A stretch of 57,651 nucleotides of DNA, filler included, from Stramenopiles sp. TOSAG23-2 (lineage: Eukaryota): assembly GCA_900128395.1 (NCBI GenBank). It is 3 parts of 3 records of this genome, joined end to end, with 100 filler letters (N's around TTAATTAATTAA, not from the genome) between each part and the next. Parts side by side here need not be neighbours in the genome. Positions count along the whole stretch, not along the records: positions 19,349 to 38,489 come from LT649589.1; positions 38,590 to 57,651 come from LT649590.1; 1 more part is not named here. The stretch is one strand, 5' to 3'. The translations under genes and the position numbers were made by a program. The notes under the pieces were generated by a model. It was not told the origin of the DNA. It did no database searches and was given only the letters and a program-made list of their open reading frames with translations. Below are positions 33,606 through 45,087 of this stretch, one piece after another (position 1 is the stretch's first letter; each line of letters opens with the position of its first letter).

Positions 33606-36003
33606 ATGAAATACAATAATATTTTAAATTACTTCAGGATAACCTTCCTTATAGCCTTTGTTATTACATTTCAACTTTCAATAGTATTATCCCATTCATG
33701 GAAGTATATTCCAAAAATTCCATATCGAGGAAAACAGGAGGAATATGAAAAAAATAAATTTGCAACAGATGATGATACAAATTGTAAAGAATTTATATAT
33801 ACAGCACCACTTGATCACTTTTCAAAAGATAATACAGAAACATTTACTGTAAGATATTGGGTAGATATGTCTTGTTCAAAAAGTGGCGACTCATCACCAA
33901 TGTTTGTTCAAATGGGTGGAGAAGGAGCGGCTGGTTGTGTTCCTTGCAGTGATGGTTTATCACAGAAATACAATGGAATTTCAGTTGCAGTCGAACATCG
34001 TTTTTATGGGAAAAGTGTTCCAATGGGTGGATTAACATCAAAAAATTTGCCATTCTTGACTGTTGATCAAAATTTAGAAGATACTAAAGCAATCATTGAA
34101 ATATTAAATCCAAATAAAAAACATCGAGTAATAACGCATGGTGGCTCTTATTCTGGCGGTACAGCTAGCTGGTTTCGTACTCATTATCCAGATACAACGT
34201 TTGCAAGTATATCTAGTAGCGGTGTAGTGAATGCATTGATTGATTTTGTTGAATTTGATGAGTCAATTATGGAAGCATTAACAAATTATGAAAAATTTCC
34301 AAATTGCCTTGATTCATTATTACAAGTATTTGATGATATTGATCAATTATCAGATGATAAATTACAAGATTTAAAATCAAATCCATTCAATGCAAGCAAT
34401 TTAGTATCAGATGTAGATTTTTTTTACATGGTTGCCGATGCAGCTGCAATGGCAGTACAATATGGACATAAAGAAACACTCTGTAAAGCAATGAGCAGTA
34501 ATAGCAACCCTGTTGCTTTACTTGCTGAATTTATATCAAGTTATTATGGCAATGAATTTCAATCGCAACCATTTTATGATCGAAAACAAATTGCAAATAT
34601 GATTTCTCAATCATCGACTGGTGTTGGTGCAAAAAGTTGGAGATGGCAAAAATGCACGCAAGTTGCTTATTTACAATCACACGATGCTGATAGTAGTAGT
34701 AAAGGTTTACGATCTAAAAGATTAACACAAGAAAGTTTATTGGAACAATGCCATGAAATGTTTCCTGATAATTTATTAGATTTAAAAAAACAGAATAAAA
34801 TTTTTCAAAAGAAATATGGTGCGGCCCGTCCTGATCTTGTAGGTGCTACGAGAATTTTTTATTCAGATTATTCCGATGATCCATGGAAAGAAGCATCTGT
34901 GAAAGGTCCATTTAAAGAGTCATTGGATTTACCATATTGCTTTACCAAATGTGATGGATGTGGGCATTGCGGTTCAGGTGTTCCAGCAAATTTAACAAAG
35001 TGTACTAATGAATTGGATAAAACAATTGGCAAATGGTTGGGTGTGATGAAGTCAGGCACGAATAATGGCAATGGATGGAAGAAAACGACAAAGGATATTT
35101 TCAAGTATCCGATCATGAAAAATATGAAACCAATTGAAGAGAGAAGATATGATGTAACGATGAAAAAATCTTCCTCGAATAACTTACCAGAAACATTTGA
35201 TTGGCGAAGGCAACACGGGGCATGTATTCATCCTGTTTTAAACCAAGGGCAATGTGGTTCGTGCTGGGCATTTGCTGCAACAGAGGTCTTAAGCGATAGA
35301 TTTTGTCTGGCTACAAATGGGTCAATAAATGTTGTGTTGTCACCGGGTGATTTATTAGCATGCGAAAAATTAAATTTAGGATGTACAATGGGTTCTCTCC
35401 CTGAATGGGCATTTTCATATTTGAAAAATAATGGAGTAGTAAGTGAATCATGTGTGCCGTATGTTAGTGGAAATGGTAAAACACAAAAATGTACACATGG
35501 TAAATGTAGTGCCGTCAGTAATAAAAATAATAATATAACACAACGTTACTATGCAGAATCCTATAAACATTGTGGTTCAACTATTAGTCCAACGTACACA
35601 TGGTAAATGTAGTGCCGTCAGTAATAAAAATAATAATATAACACAACGTTACTATGCAGAATCCTATAAACATTGTGGTTCAACTATTAGTCCAACGTCA
35701 CATGTAAATGAAATTATGCAATGTATTATGGAAGGTGGCCCCGTTGATGTTACCTTTAATGTATATACGGATTTTCAACAATATACAAGTGGTATCTATA
35801 CACACAAAAGTGGTAAATTTGAAGGTTTACATTCTGTTAAAATGATTGGATGGGGACATGACGATGAGACTGGTTATGATTATTGGATTGTACAGAATAG
35901 TTGGGGTGAAAATTGGGGCACATCTGGATTTTTCAAAATACGTCGTGGAACAAATGAATGTGGAATTGAAAGATTAGTTTATGCAGCAACACCAAAATTG
36001 TAG
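33606..36003 (+). CDS. Fusion of S28 serine peptidase and cathepsin-B-like C1A cysteine protease; frameshifted in this assembly by a 103-bp duplication
   Basis: Signal peptide. S28: LDHF, GGEG, EHRFYGKS, GGSYSG, WRWQKC, DDPW, GHC. C1A: LPETFDWR, NQGQCGSCWAFA, LSDRFC; in the shifted frame GPV, Y.SGIY, HSVKMIGWG, YWIVQNSWG...GFFKIRRGTNECGIE. Confidence 0.88.
35491..35698 (+). repeat. Exact 103-bp tandem duplication (35491-35593, 35594-35696, plus a 2-nt GT overlap)
   Basis: GTACACATGG...AGTCCAAC is repeated; 103 is not a multiple of 3, which produces the premature TAA at 35604-35606. Confidence 0.95.
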
Positions 36004-36339
36004 AAATGAAAATAAAAGAGCATTTTTTTAAATTTAAAAAAAAATAAAAAATTATACGGCTCGTAGTATATATTATATAAAAAATTCTCTTATTCCATAT
36101 ATCAAGTATCATAAGAGAATTTTTTATATATATGATATTATATTTATATTCATATAATATATGATATTTTGTATATTTTACAAAAAAACAATTATATATA
36201 CGAATATAATGTATGAATAAAATACGCGTATGATAATCATATGTACATTTTTTACAAACCATACAAAATATTACACACACCTGGCATCAAAAAAAAAAAT
36301 ACGAACCCGTACAAAAATTATCACACCACATATATTTTT

Positions 36340-38440
36340 CTACTTCTTTGTATCAAAACCTTTTTCCTCCTCAACATTCTCTTCTTCTTCATTGCTATTA
36401 CTAACATCATCATCAGCCTTTTCTGCAAATCCCCACGAATTAATTTTATCTACAACATCATACCGTAAACTTTTATCTATTGATGGGTCATTAATTGCTT
36501 TTGTTACATCTAAAACAGTAAAATTAGTTAACAAATAATAAATACATCTAGCTTTCAGTCTTGGCGCTTTCACGGTAGATGTAGCACTAAGTATCATCAT
36601 CACACTATCTTCATCAATCATTCGCCCAAGTTCATCTTCCACTAGACTTTGTAATCCTTGCATATCCCATTCATTCGATGCCATCAATAAATCACAAGCA
36701 ACATCTGGGCTTATATCAGTTGTTCCAGAGTACATGTATTCAACTATACGTTCAAATACAGCACCTTCCCATGGTATATCCACAGTACTTTGCCTAGATT
36801 CTCGCATACCAGACAGAAACAATGCACGGAAATATGGACAGCGTGCGCATACAATTATTTTATGTAAACGAAACAGTTTACCATCTTCGGTTTGAAATGT
36901 TACATCATCAAAGTTACTCTCGTTATTTTTATCTAATGCGTTTAAAAATGAACATGGATTGGATAATGCAAATGGTTGGGGAAGATGGCGAATTTTACGT
37001 GTAAATATGATTTCTCGTAAATATTTTATATAATTCACAAGTGAATCAATATTAAATAATGTTCCTAATTCTTCTAACGAGTCAAATGTAGTTGCACATT
37101 CGTCTCCAAGCTGTCTAATATTATTTTCAAATTTTTCAATTACACCACAATACAAAAATTGTAATAGATGCACCCATATCATTCTCGAACCATACGTAGT
37201 TGTAAGTGTACTATCATTATCATCGCCATCATTGTATTTACTACTACGCCCAACACGATTTTTATCATTCCTATTATTATACTTCAAAACCCTGAACATT
37301 TTTGGTGCACGTAAACGTAATATTATTTCATGAACATTGATTTCAAAATCCAAATTATTATCACCATCATTCTCATCATCGTTTTTATTATTGTTCATAT
37401 CGTTATCATAAATAATTTTCAAATCACAAAAGTTTGCATCATTGTCATCTAAATCTACGTAAAACTTCATTTCTGAAGCAAATCGACGATATTCACAAGA
37501 GTTAACATCGACATTAATGTCTTTCACACCAAGATTTCTTAACCCTCTAACTGCTTGTTTTTGAACATGTTTATCCGATGATTTAGTTGCATCTAAAAGT
37601 GGTTCTAACGCACCACATTGTATAATTTCTGATTTAATATCCTTATTAGTAGCAATATTAGCAACTGCACCTGCAGCATGTTTTCGTACTTCCACTTTAC
37701 TACTAGATAATAAATTTAATAACGGCAATAATCCTTTGCAAAAAACTATTTCTCTTTGGTTTTTTTCACTCCCAGCAAGTGCAAATAATGCCCTTGCTGC
37801 TTGACGTTGAACATTTGAACTGGCAGAACTTGTCAATGCAATTAAAGGCATGATAGCGCCGCTTTCCGCTACTTTTTCTTTATTACCACGACCAATGGAT
37901 ATATTCGCAATTGCACCTGCAACATCCCTTTGAATTTCAAAGACATCCTTCGTACCCTTTGATGATTTTCGCCCATTCCTTTTACTCATGCGTGTCAATG
38001 ATGATTGTGCCATATGTACTAAAGGCAATAAACCGCCTTCAGCGACAATCATATCTTTTATTCTTTGGTGCGCACTTAAAGTAAATATCGTTCGTGCAGT
38101 TTGTCGTTGTACAAATTCATTTGTGCTATTTGCTAAATCTAATATTGGTATGATCACTCCAGCTTGATAGACACGATCTTTCAATTCATTTGACATGGCA
38201 ATATTTCCAATCGCACCAACTGCATTACGTTGGACTTCCTCATGATGAGATCCTAATAAATGATTTAATGCTTGTAACCCATTTAAATCAACAATACCTG
38301 AACGAATGTCTGGATGTGCAGCCTGTGGAGTGTAGTATATGAAAAAATAAAGAGTTAGAGAGGTTTGTATCTTTTATAGGTTTACGGGAATGAAATTTCC
38401 TACTTACCAACGCAAATAAGCCACGTGCTACTTGACGTTG
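36340..38440 (-). CDS. Armadillo-repeat + BTB/POZ protein (ARIA/ABAP1-like layout), 5'-partial; exons ~38440-38408 and 38322-36340
   Basis: ARM repeats (VQRQAARALFAL, AAGAVANIA) and BTB motifs (DVTF...LHKIIVCARCPYFRALFLSGMRES, YMYSG). The minus-strand intron 38323-38407 has GTAAGT, CTAAC and CAG, and joins QRQVARGLFAL to AAHPDIR in frame. Confidence 0.85.
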
Positions 38441-38489
38441 TGTTATATTATTATTTTTATTACTGACGGCACTACATTTACCATGTGTA
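38435..38489 (-). repeat. 55-bp inverted third copy of the cathepsin segment (35492-35546) fused to the ARM-BTB gene at the contig end
   Basis: Its reverse complement is TACACATGG...ACACAACGT, and the junction shares a CAACGT microhomology. Confidence 0.92.
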
Positions 38490-38589
38490 NNNNNNNNNNN
38501 NNNNNNNNNNNNNNNNNNNNNNNNNNNNNNNNNTTAATTAATTAANNNNNNNNNNNNNNNNNNNNNNNNNNNNNNNNNNNNNNNNNNNN
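38490..38589. other. Artificial contig linker (44 N + TTAATTAATTAA + 44 N)
   Basis: Identical to 19249-19348. Confidence 0.97.
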
Positions 38590-39585
38590 GAATTAATCAT
38601 TCCTAGTGCATTGGCATTGGAAAATGAAAGTATCATGAAGTTATCAAATGAATTGTATGATAATTATGATTTTATTAATTATATGGAAGAATTGGATATC
38701 GAAAAAACTGGAGTAATTATAACATTAGCAAAGAAAGAAGCAAAGAGTTTGAAACGAGCTTGTTTGAATTTATATGAATCTTGTATCAATTTTTGTACTA
38801 TTGCTACTAATTTTAAATTTGTTTTAAATCGTTGTGATAATTTATTATCGTCATTGCGTTTGGTGGAGTATACATATCAAGCCTATTTATGGCTTGATGA
38901 TATGAAAACAGAAATGAATCGACAAAGTTTGGATATAAATAATTTATATAAACAATGTATACGGTTTCAAAATTTTGTAAAGTTGCTAGATCATCAAGTA
39001 GATTCAGAATCTTTAAATAAATTGAAAAAATTACCATGTTATAATTTGTTATTTAAAATTGTTAATAAATATATAGAAGATTGTCAATTTTTATCAAAAA
39101 TTTTAAGCAACACAGATGAAGCAAATTTAGCCTTAGATTTTTTAACATCAAACCCTACGTCATTGATACATGACGATGATAACAGTGATGTTGACAATAT
39201 CCATATCTATTCAACAAGTGGTAATGGTGGAAACAATAATAATTCAAAATTGTATATATATGGACCTTTTCTTAAACCGAGTACTCATCATCAAGAAGAG
39301 GAAGGGGAAGAGAAAATAGTCAAAGATGTAGGTGTAAGCCGCAAGGATAGTCAAAACAATGATGAACATATTAATGATAGCGATGATGAAACACAAAGGA
39401 ATCTTTCTTTTATTAATGGTAAAAATAATGGTAACGATAGTAATATAGCAAATGGAAAGATTGATCAGGATGGTCATGGTTTGACTATAGGAAAAGCACT
39501 TGAATTTTATAATAAACAAGGTGAGAGTTTAGAATCATTAGTGAGTTTATCCTCACAATTTAGAGAAATGAGTCAATTGGACTGA
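38590..39585 (+). CDS. C-terminal fragment of an uncharacterised helical protein (5'-partial)
   Basis: Frame is open from the contig edge; no recognisable motif. Confidence 0.55.
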   Translation, partial: ELIIPSALALENESIMKLSNELYDNYDFINYMEELDIEKTGVIITLAKKEAKSLKRACLNLYESCINFCTIATNFKFVLNRCDNLLSSLRLVEYTYQAYLWLDDMKTEMNRQSLDINNLYKQCIRFQNFVKLLDHQVDSESLNKLKKLPCYNLLFKIVNKYIEDCQFLSKILSNTDEANLALDFLTSNPTSLIHDDDNSDVDNIHIYSTSGNGGNNNNSKLYIYGPFLKPSTHHQEEEGEEKIVKDVGVSRKDSQNNDEHINDSDDETQRNLSFINGKNNGNDSNIANGKIDQDGHGLTIGKALEFYNKQGESLESLVSLSSQFREMSQLD

Positions 39586-39717
39586 TGAGAGATGCAAACC
39601 CGTACCAGAACAATATTCAGCAGGGCCAGACGCGATGAAATTGTTTTATGTATTTTATGCGTGTACTTTATTGCGTATTTTATTAAATGTACGTATAATA
39701 ATCCTATATATCTTTTT

Positions 39718-41391
39718 TTATAAAAAAATTTTCTCCGTTAAAAAATTTAAATCTCTAAACAATAAGTCCACTTGCCATACACTTAATGCAAAACCATTTT
39801 CATTTAATTTAAATGCTATCTTATCTACACTTAAAACACATGCAGCTTTTAATAAAATATAATTTCGATAAACAATTCTTTCAAATAAATCTAAATCTTT
39901 TAAAATATCTGGATCAAAAATCAGGACCACTTTCAATTTTCGTAATATCGCCAAAATTTTCAAGTCTGCAAGACACGTCAAAGTTGATAATTGCACTTCT
40001 AAACTTCTTTCATTATTTTGTACTAAAAAATCATCTGTCTCAAATATATGGACATTTAAAAATAAATCACGAGTAAACAATTGTGCATTTCGATAAAAAC
40101 CAACTTTAATTTGTGAACGGCCATGTTTACTTGTTAATAAATATTGATCGCAAAATGGAGAAAATGTTTCCGCCAATCGTTGTACAAAAAAAGCATTGAG
40201 TGTGATATTTCCATTATTATTACTATTATCATTATTGTTGTTCTCATTAAGTTGGTAGTTTTGATACATTTTATGGATAAAATCAGCAAAGTCGACATAA
40301 CCTGCATCTTGTAATATTGTACCACACATATGTAATATATCTTTCATTTTCTTTAAATATAGTTTGAAAATAGTATCTTTCCCAATATATATACCCGTTT
40401 TCAATCGTTCTTCTTGTGTAATTGGTAAATTAAAGTATGAACATAAATGATTCATATCAATTTTCAATAAAAATTTAGCATCCCAACCTCTTGATGATGT
40501 AGCTGTAACTTCGTTACTTCCTAAATGCATTGTCATTAACCCCCTAATTTGCATTTCATTAAATGTACATTTTAAATGTTTTTCAATATCTTTACCAAAT
40601 TCATATTCCCCAAAATTACATAATGCTTTAACTGCATAGAAATTAATTTGTTCTTCCTTTGTTTGAAATTGTATAGGCAAACACGTTAAACTTTCCGTCA
40701 TATCTTTAATTTTTTGAACAATATCATCTTGTTTAGTAAGAAGAATATTAACAATTTTTTCCATTTGTATTGTATCAATATGTATTTGGGGCAATACCAT
40801 ATTGATTTTGTTATTATTATTATTATTGTCATCATGTTCATGTTCAATCGCTTTAATTTTATATACAGTTCCCATAGCAATTGTGCAAGAAGGTTTTACT
40901 TGACTTAAACAATTGCGTAAAACAGTTGATATTCTTTTTTGCGAAGATGGTGCTTCTAATATTTCCTTTGTTTTTCTCTGTGTTATTACTTTCTTATACA
41001 TTTGCTCAACTTCTGAATTTTTTGGATTTAACATTTTTGCTTTTGAAATATCAATACAAGCTTCTTCCAAGTTATTTTTCAATTCATATGAGCGTGCACG
41101 CCTATACAATGCCTTGACACATTTAGGCTGTATCTTTAAAGCTTTTGTACAATCTGCAATTGCATTATCAAATTGTTTTAAACGTAAATAGCACAATGCA
41201 CGATTACATATAATTTGTACTTTATTATTGTCATTATCATTATCATTATTACTATTTTGTTGGTGGTATTTAATCATTACATCTAACGCAATATTATATT
41301 GTGTAATAGCATCTTCAAACTTATTTAATTTGAATAGATTATTACCTTCATTTTTTAATGTTTGTATTTTATTAATCGTTGCAATTTCCAT
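39718..41391 (-). CDS. TPR-domain protein fused to a queuosine-salvage (DUF2419/QNG1)-like domain
   Basis: TPR clamp LKNEGNNLFK...NRALCYL...KALYRRA. C-terminal RLAETFSPFCD, VGFYRNAQLFTRDL, LTCLADLKILAIL and QVDLLF resemble the family motifs FYKRAQ, MFADY and LDYYLW. Confidence 0.65.
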   Translation of the reverse strand: MEIATINKIQTLKNEGNNLFKLNKFEDAITQYNIALDVMIKYHQQNSNNDNDNDNNKVQIICNRALCYLRLKQFDNAIADCTKALKIQPKCVKALYRRARSYELKNNLEEACIDISKAKMLNPKNSEVEQMYKKVITQRKTKEILEAPSSQKRISTVLRNCLSQVKPSCTIAMGTVYKIKAIEHEHDDNNNNNNKINMVLPQIHIDTIQMEKIVNILLTKQDDIVQKIKDMTESLTCLPIQFQTKEEQINFYAVKALCNFGEYEFGKDIEKHLKCTFNEMQIRGLMTMHLGSNEVTATSSRGWDAKFLLKIDMNHLCSYFNLPITQEERLKTGIYIGKDTIFKLYLKKMKDILHMCGTILQDAGYVDFADFIHKMYQNYQLNENNNNDNSNNNGNITLNAFFVQRLAETFSPFCDQYLLTSKHGRSQIKVGFYRNAQLFTRDLFLNVHIFETDDFLVQNNERSLEVQLSTLTCLADLKILAILRKLKVVLIFDPDILKDLDLFERIVYRNYILLKAACVLSVDKIAFKLNENGFALSVWQVDLLFRDLNFLTEKIFL

Positions 41392-41964
41392 AATAATGAT
41401 GATAGTCTTATGATGATGTTGTTATGTTTTTATAATCAGAATACCAAGTTAAAGTTTTATATACAGTATATATACAATATACGTAAATCACATTGTAGAT
41501 ACTTATACTTCTGTCAATTAAAGCAAGTCTATATATTTTGTGCCAAGCCAGCAAGTGGTGCAGTACCAGAGTACCCCAAGAAAAAAACAACAACAACAAC
41601 AGTGCAACACATTTCGTTAGACGACTATTCTAATTCTTCTACAGTATAATATGCCTATCAATAAATAGACCTACTAATACGGATGGAGGTTCTTTCGTCT
41701 TCTTTTAAGTATATATGTATATACATTATTTAAGTATAAAGTACACTGGATGATAGCTACAGTACAGTTAAGTTAGTATTGATACTATATCATAATAACT
41801 AAAAGAAGTTACACAGGTGATAGAGCCTTACAGACATTTTTTATTAAAAAATATCAAATTAATGGATGCGAGAATAGATAGATAAATCGATAAATAGATA
41901 AATAGAGAGATAGATAGAAAGAAAGAAACATAGACAAACAAAAGGAAGTAACAAAAAACAAAAA

Positions 41965-42585
41965 ATGTCTAATATAGTAATGAATCAAACGATGAATGAT
42001 GGTAGTAGTAGTAACAACAATAATAACAATACCACAACGACTGTTATTAGTAATAGGACAAAACCGAATATATTAATTACTGGTACACCTGGTACCGGGA
42101 AAACATCAACTTCGAAATTAATTGCTGAAATGACTGGTATGAAACATATTAATTGTAGTGAGTTGGTGAAAAAAAATCAATTATCAACCGAGAAAAACGA
42201 GGAATATGATTGTTTAATGCTAGATGAAGATGCTTTGTGTGATGAAATTGAAAATGATATGGATAATGGTGGTAACATTGTTGATTTTCACAGTATAGAT
42301 TTTTTCCCAGAACGTTGGTTTGATTTAGTTTTAGTTCTTCGTACCAATAATACTATTTTATATGATAGATTAAAAAATCGTAATTATAATGATAAAAAAT
42401 TAACAGAAAATGTTCAATGTGAAATCATGCAAGTAATCTTAGAAGAAGCTCATAATAGTTACGATAAAGCTATTATATACGAAGTGCAAAGCAATACGAT
42501 CGATGACATGGAAAATAATGTTGAACATGCAATTGAATGGTTAAAACAATTTAAAACACCATATGTAAATACACGTAATAAATAA
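41965..42585 (+). CDS. AK6: Adenylate kinase 6 / Fap7
   Basis: PNILITGTPGTGKT, LDED, IVDFH, FFPERWFDLVLVLR, LYDRL, ENVQCEI. Confidence 0.95.
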   Translation: MSNIVMNQTMNDGSSSNNNNNNTTTTVISNRTKPNILITGTPGTGKTSTSKLIAEMTGMKHINCSELVKKNQLSTEKNEEYDCLMLDEDALCDEIENDMDNGGNIVDFHSIDFFPERWFDLVLVLRTNNTILYDRLKNRNYNDKKLTENVQCEIMQVILEEAHNSYDKAIIYEVQSNTIDDMENNVEHAIEWLKQFKTPYVNTRNK

Positions 42586-43099
42586 TTTAATAATAACCGA
42601 GACATCTGAGAGAGGGAGAGAGAGAGAGAGAATGAAAAATAAAACAACACACACACACACAAAAACTAATATTCTAAAATATATCAGAGAGAAAAGTGTA
42701 TTGTAGTACGATCGTACAAGTTTGTGGCAAGCCAAGATTACAATTTATACGAGTAATAAAATTAATACGAACTCGTACCACACGAATATATCTCTCTCTA
42801 CGATTCGTATATTTAATATCATATAAATATTTAATATAATTTATACATTTATTTTAATATAAATATTTATCATATGCATACTTTTGTATGACATAATACT
42901 TCTACATATCATATAAAATATAATATTATGATACATATAATGCATACCTGGCATATCATACATCACACACACAATAATTTTACGATACGAAGTATATGCA
43001 TACGTATATATATTCGTACGTAACACTTCATACACACACACACACACACACACACATGGTTTCGTCCAAGATTTCCCATTTTCTTCTATTTTTTTAACA

Positions 43100-44323
43100 C
43101 TAGCAACAACTCCAATATTTATTTTCCCATAAATTATCCCACCATTCTTCACTATCTCTAACAATTTTACCTGGTAATTTCCAATTTTGTGGTTCCCATT
43201 TATGATTAAATATAATATGCAATAAGCCATCTTTAAAAAAGAAAAATTTCATATTAGTAATTAAACCACGACTATATGGCAAATCGAAATCACGTGTACC
43301 TTTTAAATAATCTATCCTATTGCTACGCATAAATTCATATGTTGTCATGCATGTACATGCTAACCATGTATGAAAGATATATAAACCACCAACAAATGCT
43401 AGCAATATATATAAAATAAGTACAGTAATAAATGCATGTGCATTTAATCCCCACCATGATTGTGATTTTAGATACGGATATCGAAAACCACTATGAACAA
43501 TTCCAATTGCCCAACATAAACATATCGTTTGCATTTGTAAAAAAAACCAGAAACGTGCATGATTTTTCTCCCCAATTGGTGTTTCAATTACACCACAATA
43601 ATGATCGAATGTTGCTACCCAACGACGTACTTGACGACAATAAATGGCACGATATGGATATTTAGGATGTTTGGTATCTAATCGTGGCATTAATGAAACA
43701 AATTCATTATCTTCATCATAATCTTCAAACAATTTACGATCTTCATCTTCTTTTTCCATCATATCTACATCAGATGTATGTACAACTTCATCACCTTGTT
43801 CTAAATCTGTTTTTTCCTCCTCCTCATCTTTTTTCGATGAAGAAGAAGCATTATTATTACTATTATTATTATCATCATCTTTATCTTTAAATTTCTTAAA
43901 TTTTGTTTTAGCAATAGAAATTTCATCCCTACCTTCATTTAAAAAGTCGTCATCCCACATATCAGCACGCATCGCTTCTGTACTATATTCAACAGCTTCA
44001 TCTGGTGTCACTTCCTCTGATAAATATCCAGGATCTGAACCTTGTACAAGAAAATATGCAACCCATGAGAATATTATAAATAATATTTGTGTGAATAAAT
44101 GTTCCCCGTTGACAGTACCGTCTTTACGCCATAATGAAGTATTAGATGTGGTATATACTAAGGTTAACATTACACCATTTGTAATGAAATATCCAAGTCT
44201 TGCTCTCCAATGTCTACGATTCTTCCTTGCAAAAGCTAACATTCTTTTCTTTGTTTTTGACATTTGTTTTTTCCCCATAGTCGTTCTACTTTGTATCGTG
44301 GATGGTGGTTCTTCTCGTAACAT
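43100..44323 (-). CDS. DHHC-family palmitoyltransferase, DHYC variant
   Basis: TM helices, SDPG, FDHYCG...IGEKNHARF, MTTYE, PYSRG. Confidence 0.88.
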   Translation of the reverse strand: MLREEPPSTIQSRTTMGKKQMSKTKKRMLAFARKNRRHWRARLGYFITNGVMLTLVYTTSNTSLWRKDGTVNGEHLFTQILFIIFSWVAYFLVQGSDPGYLSEEVTPDEAVEYSTEAMRADMWDDDFLNEGRDEISIAKTKFKKFKDKDDDNNNSNNNASSSSKKDEEEEKTDLEQGDEVVHTSDVDMMEKEDEDRKLFEDYDEDNEFVSLMPRLDTKHPKYPYRAIYCRQVRRWVATFDHYCGVIETPIGEKNHARFWFFLQMQTICLCWAIGIVHSGFRYPYLKSQSWWGLNAHAFITVLILYILLAFVGGLYIFHTWLACTCMTTYEFMRSNRIDYLKGTRDFDLPYSRGLITNMKFFFFKDGLLHIIFNHKWEPQNWKLPGKIVRDSEEWWDNLWENKYWSCC

Positions 44324-44901
44324 GGTTTGTTGTTTGTTGTTTGTTGTTTGTTGTGTATTTTATTGAAATTATTAAATTAATAATAATAATAATAAAATAT
44401 GTACACGGTGCTATAATAAAAAAATAAAAACAAATATCGAAAGAATAATTATATTTTCCTTGTAATGAATATGTAATGCTCTTACTAAATTTATATATAT
44501 ATACACATATATATTGTCATAGAAGAACAATTAGTTGGGAGGTAATATTACATGTGTGTATATAAGCTAAGAAGCTATACACGTGGTCGTCGTCGTCTAA
44601 ATATATTTACATTTTGAAAGGTGAAGTGATGCATATACAGTGCATATATTTATGGTGGTGGGCTTTTGCTTTTATGGAGATTCTATGGAGGGGTGTCAAA
44701 ATTTCAAAAAATCTTGAAACAAAAATTAAGGAAAGTACCTCTGCGAAGGCTTTATTACAGTAGATTGCGATTAGCAGATTAGCACCCATTAGTATAGTAT
44801 AGTAATTATAATAGAGCTAAAAAAATTAGCTTTTACTACTAAAAAGTAAAATTTTTGAATCGCAATCCACCACCAAAGTGCCAAACACAAATCACTCACA
44901 C

Positions 44902-45067
44902 ATATATATAATATAGTACTGTATCCAAGAAAGGAATAAACTATAGATATTGTATATTATAGCGTCGTCATACTGCTTAAAGAATATATATATAATAGTA
45001 CTGTATCCTAGAAAAGGAATAAACTATAGATATTATATATTATAGCGTCGTCATACTGCTTAAAGAA
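44902..45067 (+). repeat. Slightly diverged ~83-bp tandem duplication immediately upstream of the 45088 ATG
   Basis: TAGTACTGTATCC...GGAATAAACTATAGATATT.TATATTATAGCGTCGTCATACTGCTTAAAGAA occurs twice with a few differences. Confidence 0.88.
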
Positions 45068-45087
45068 GGAAAATTGCACCTCAAAAC

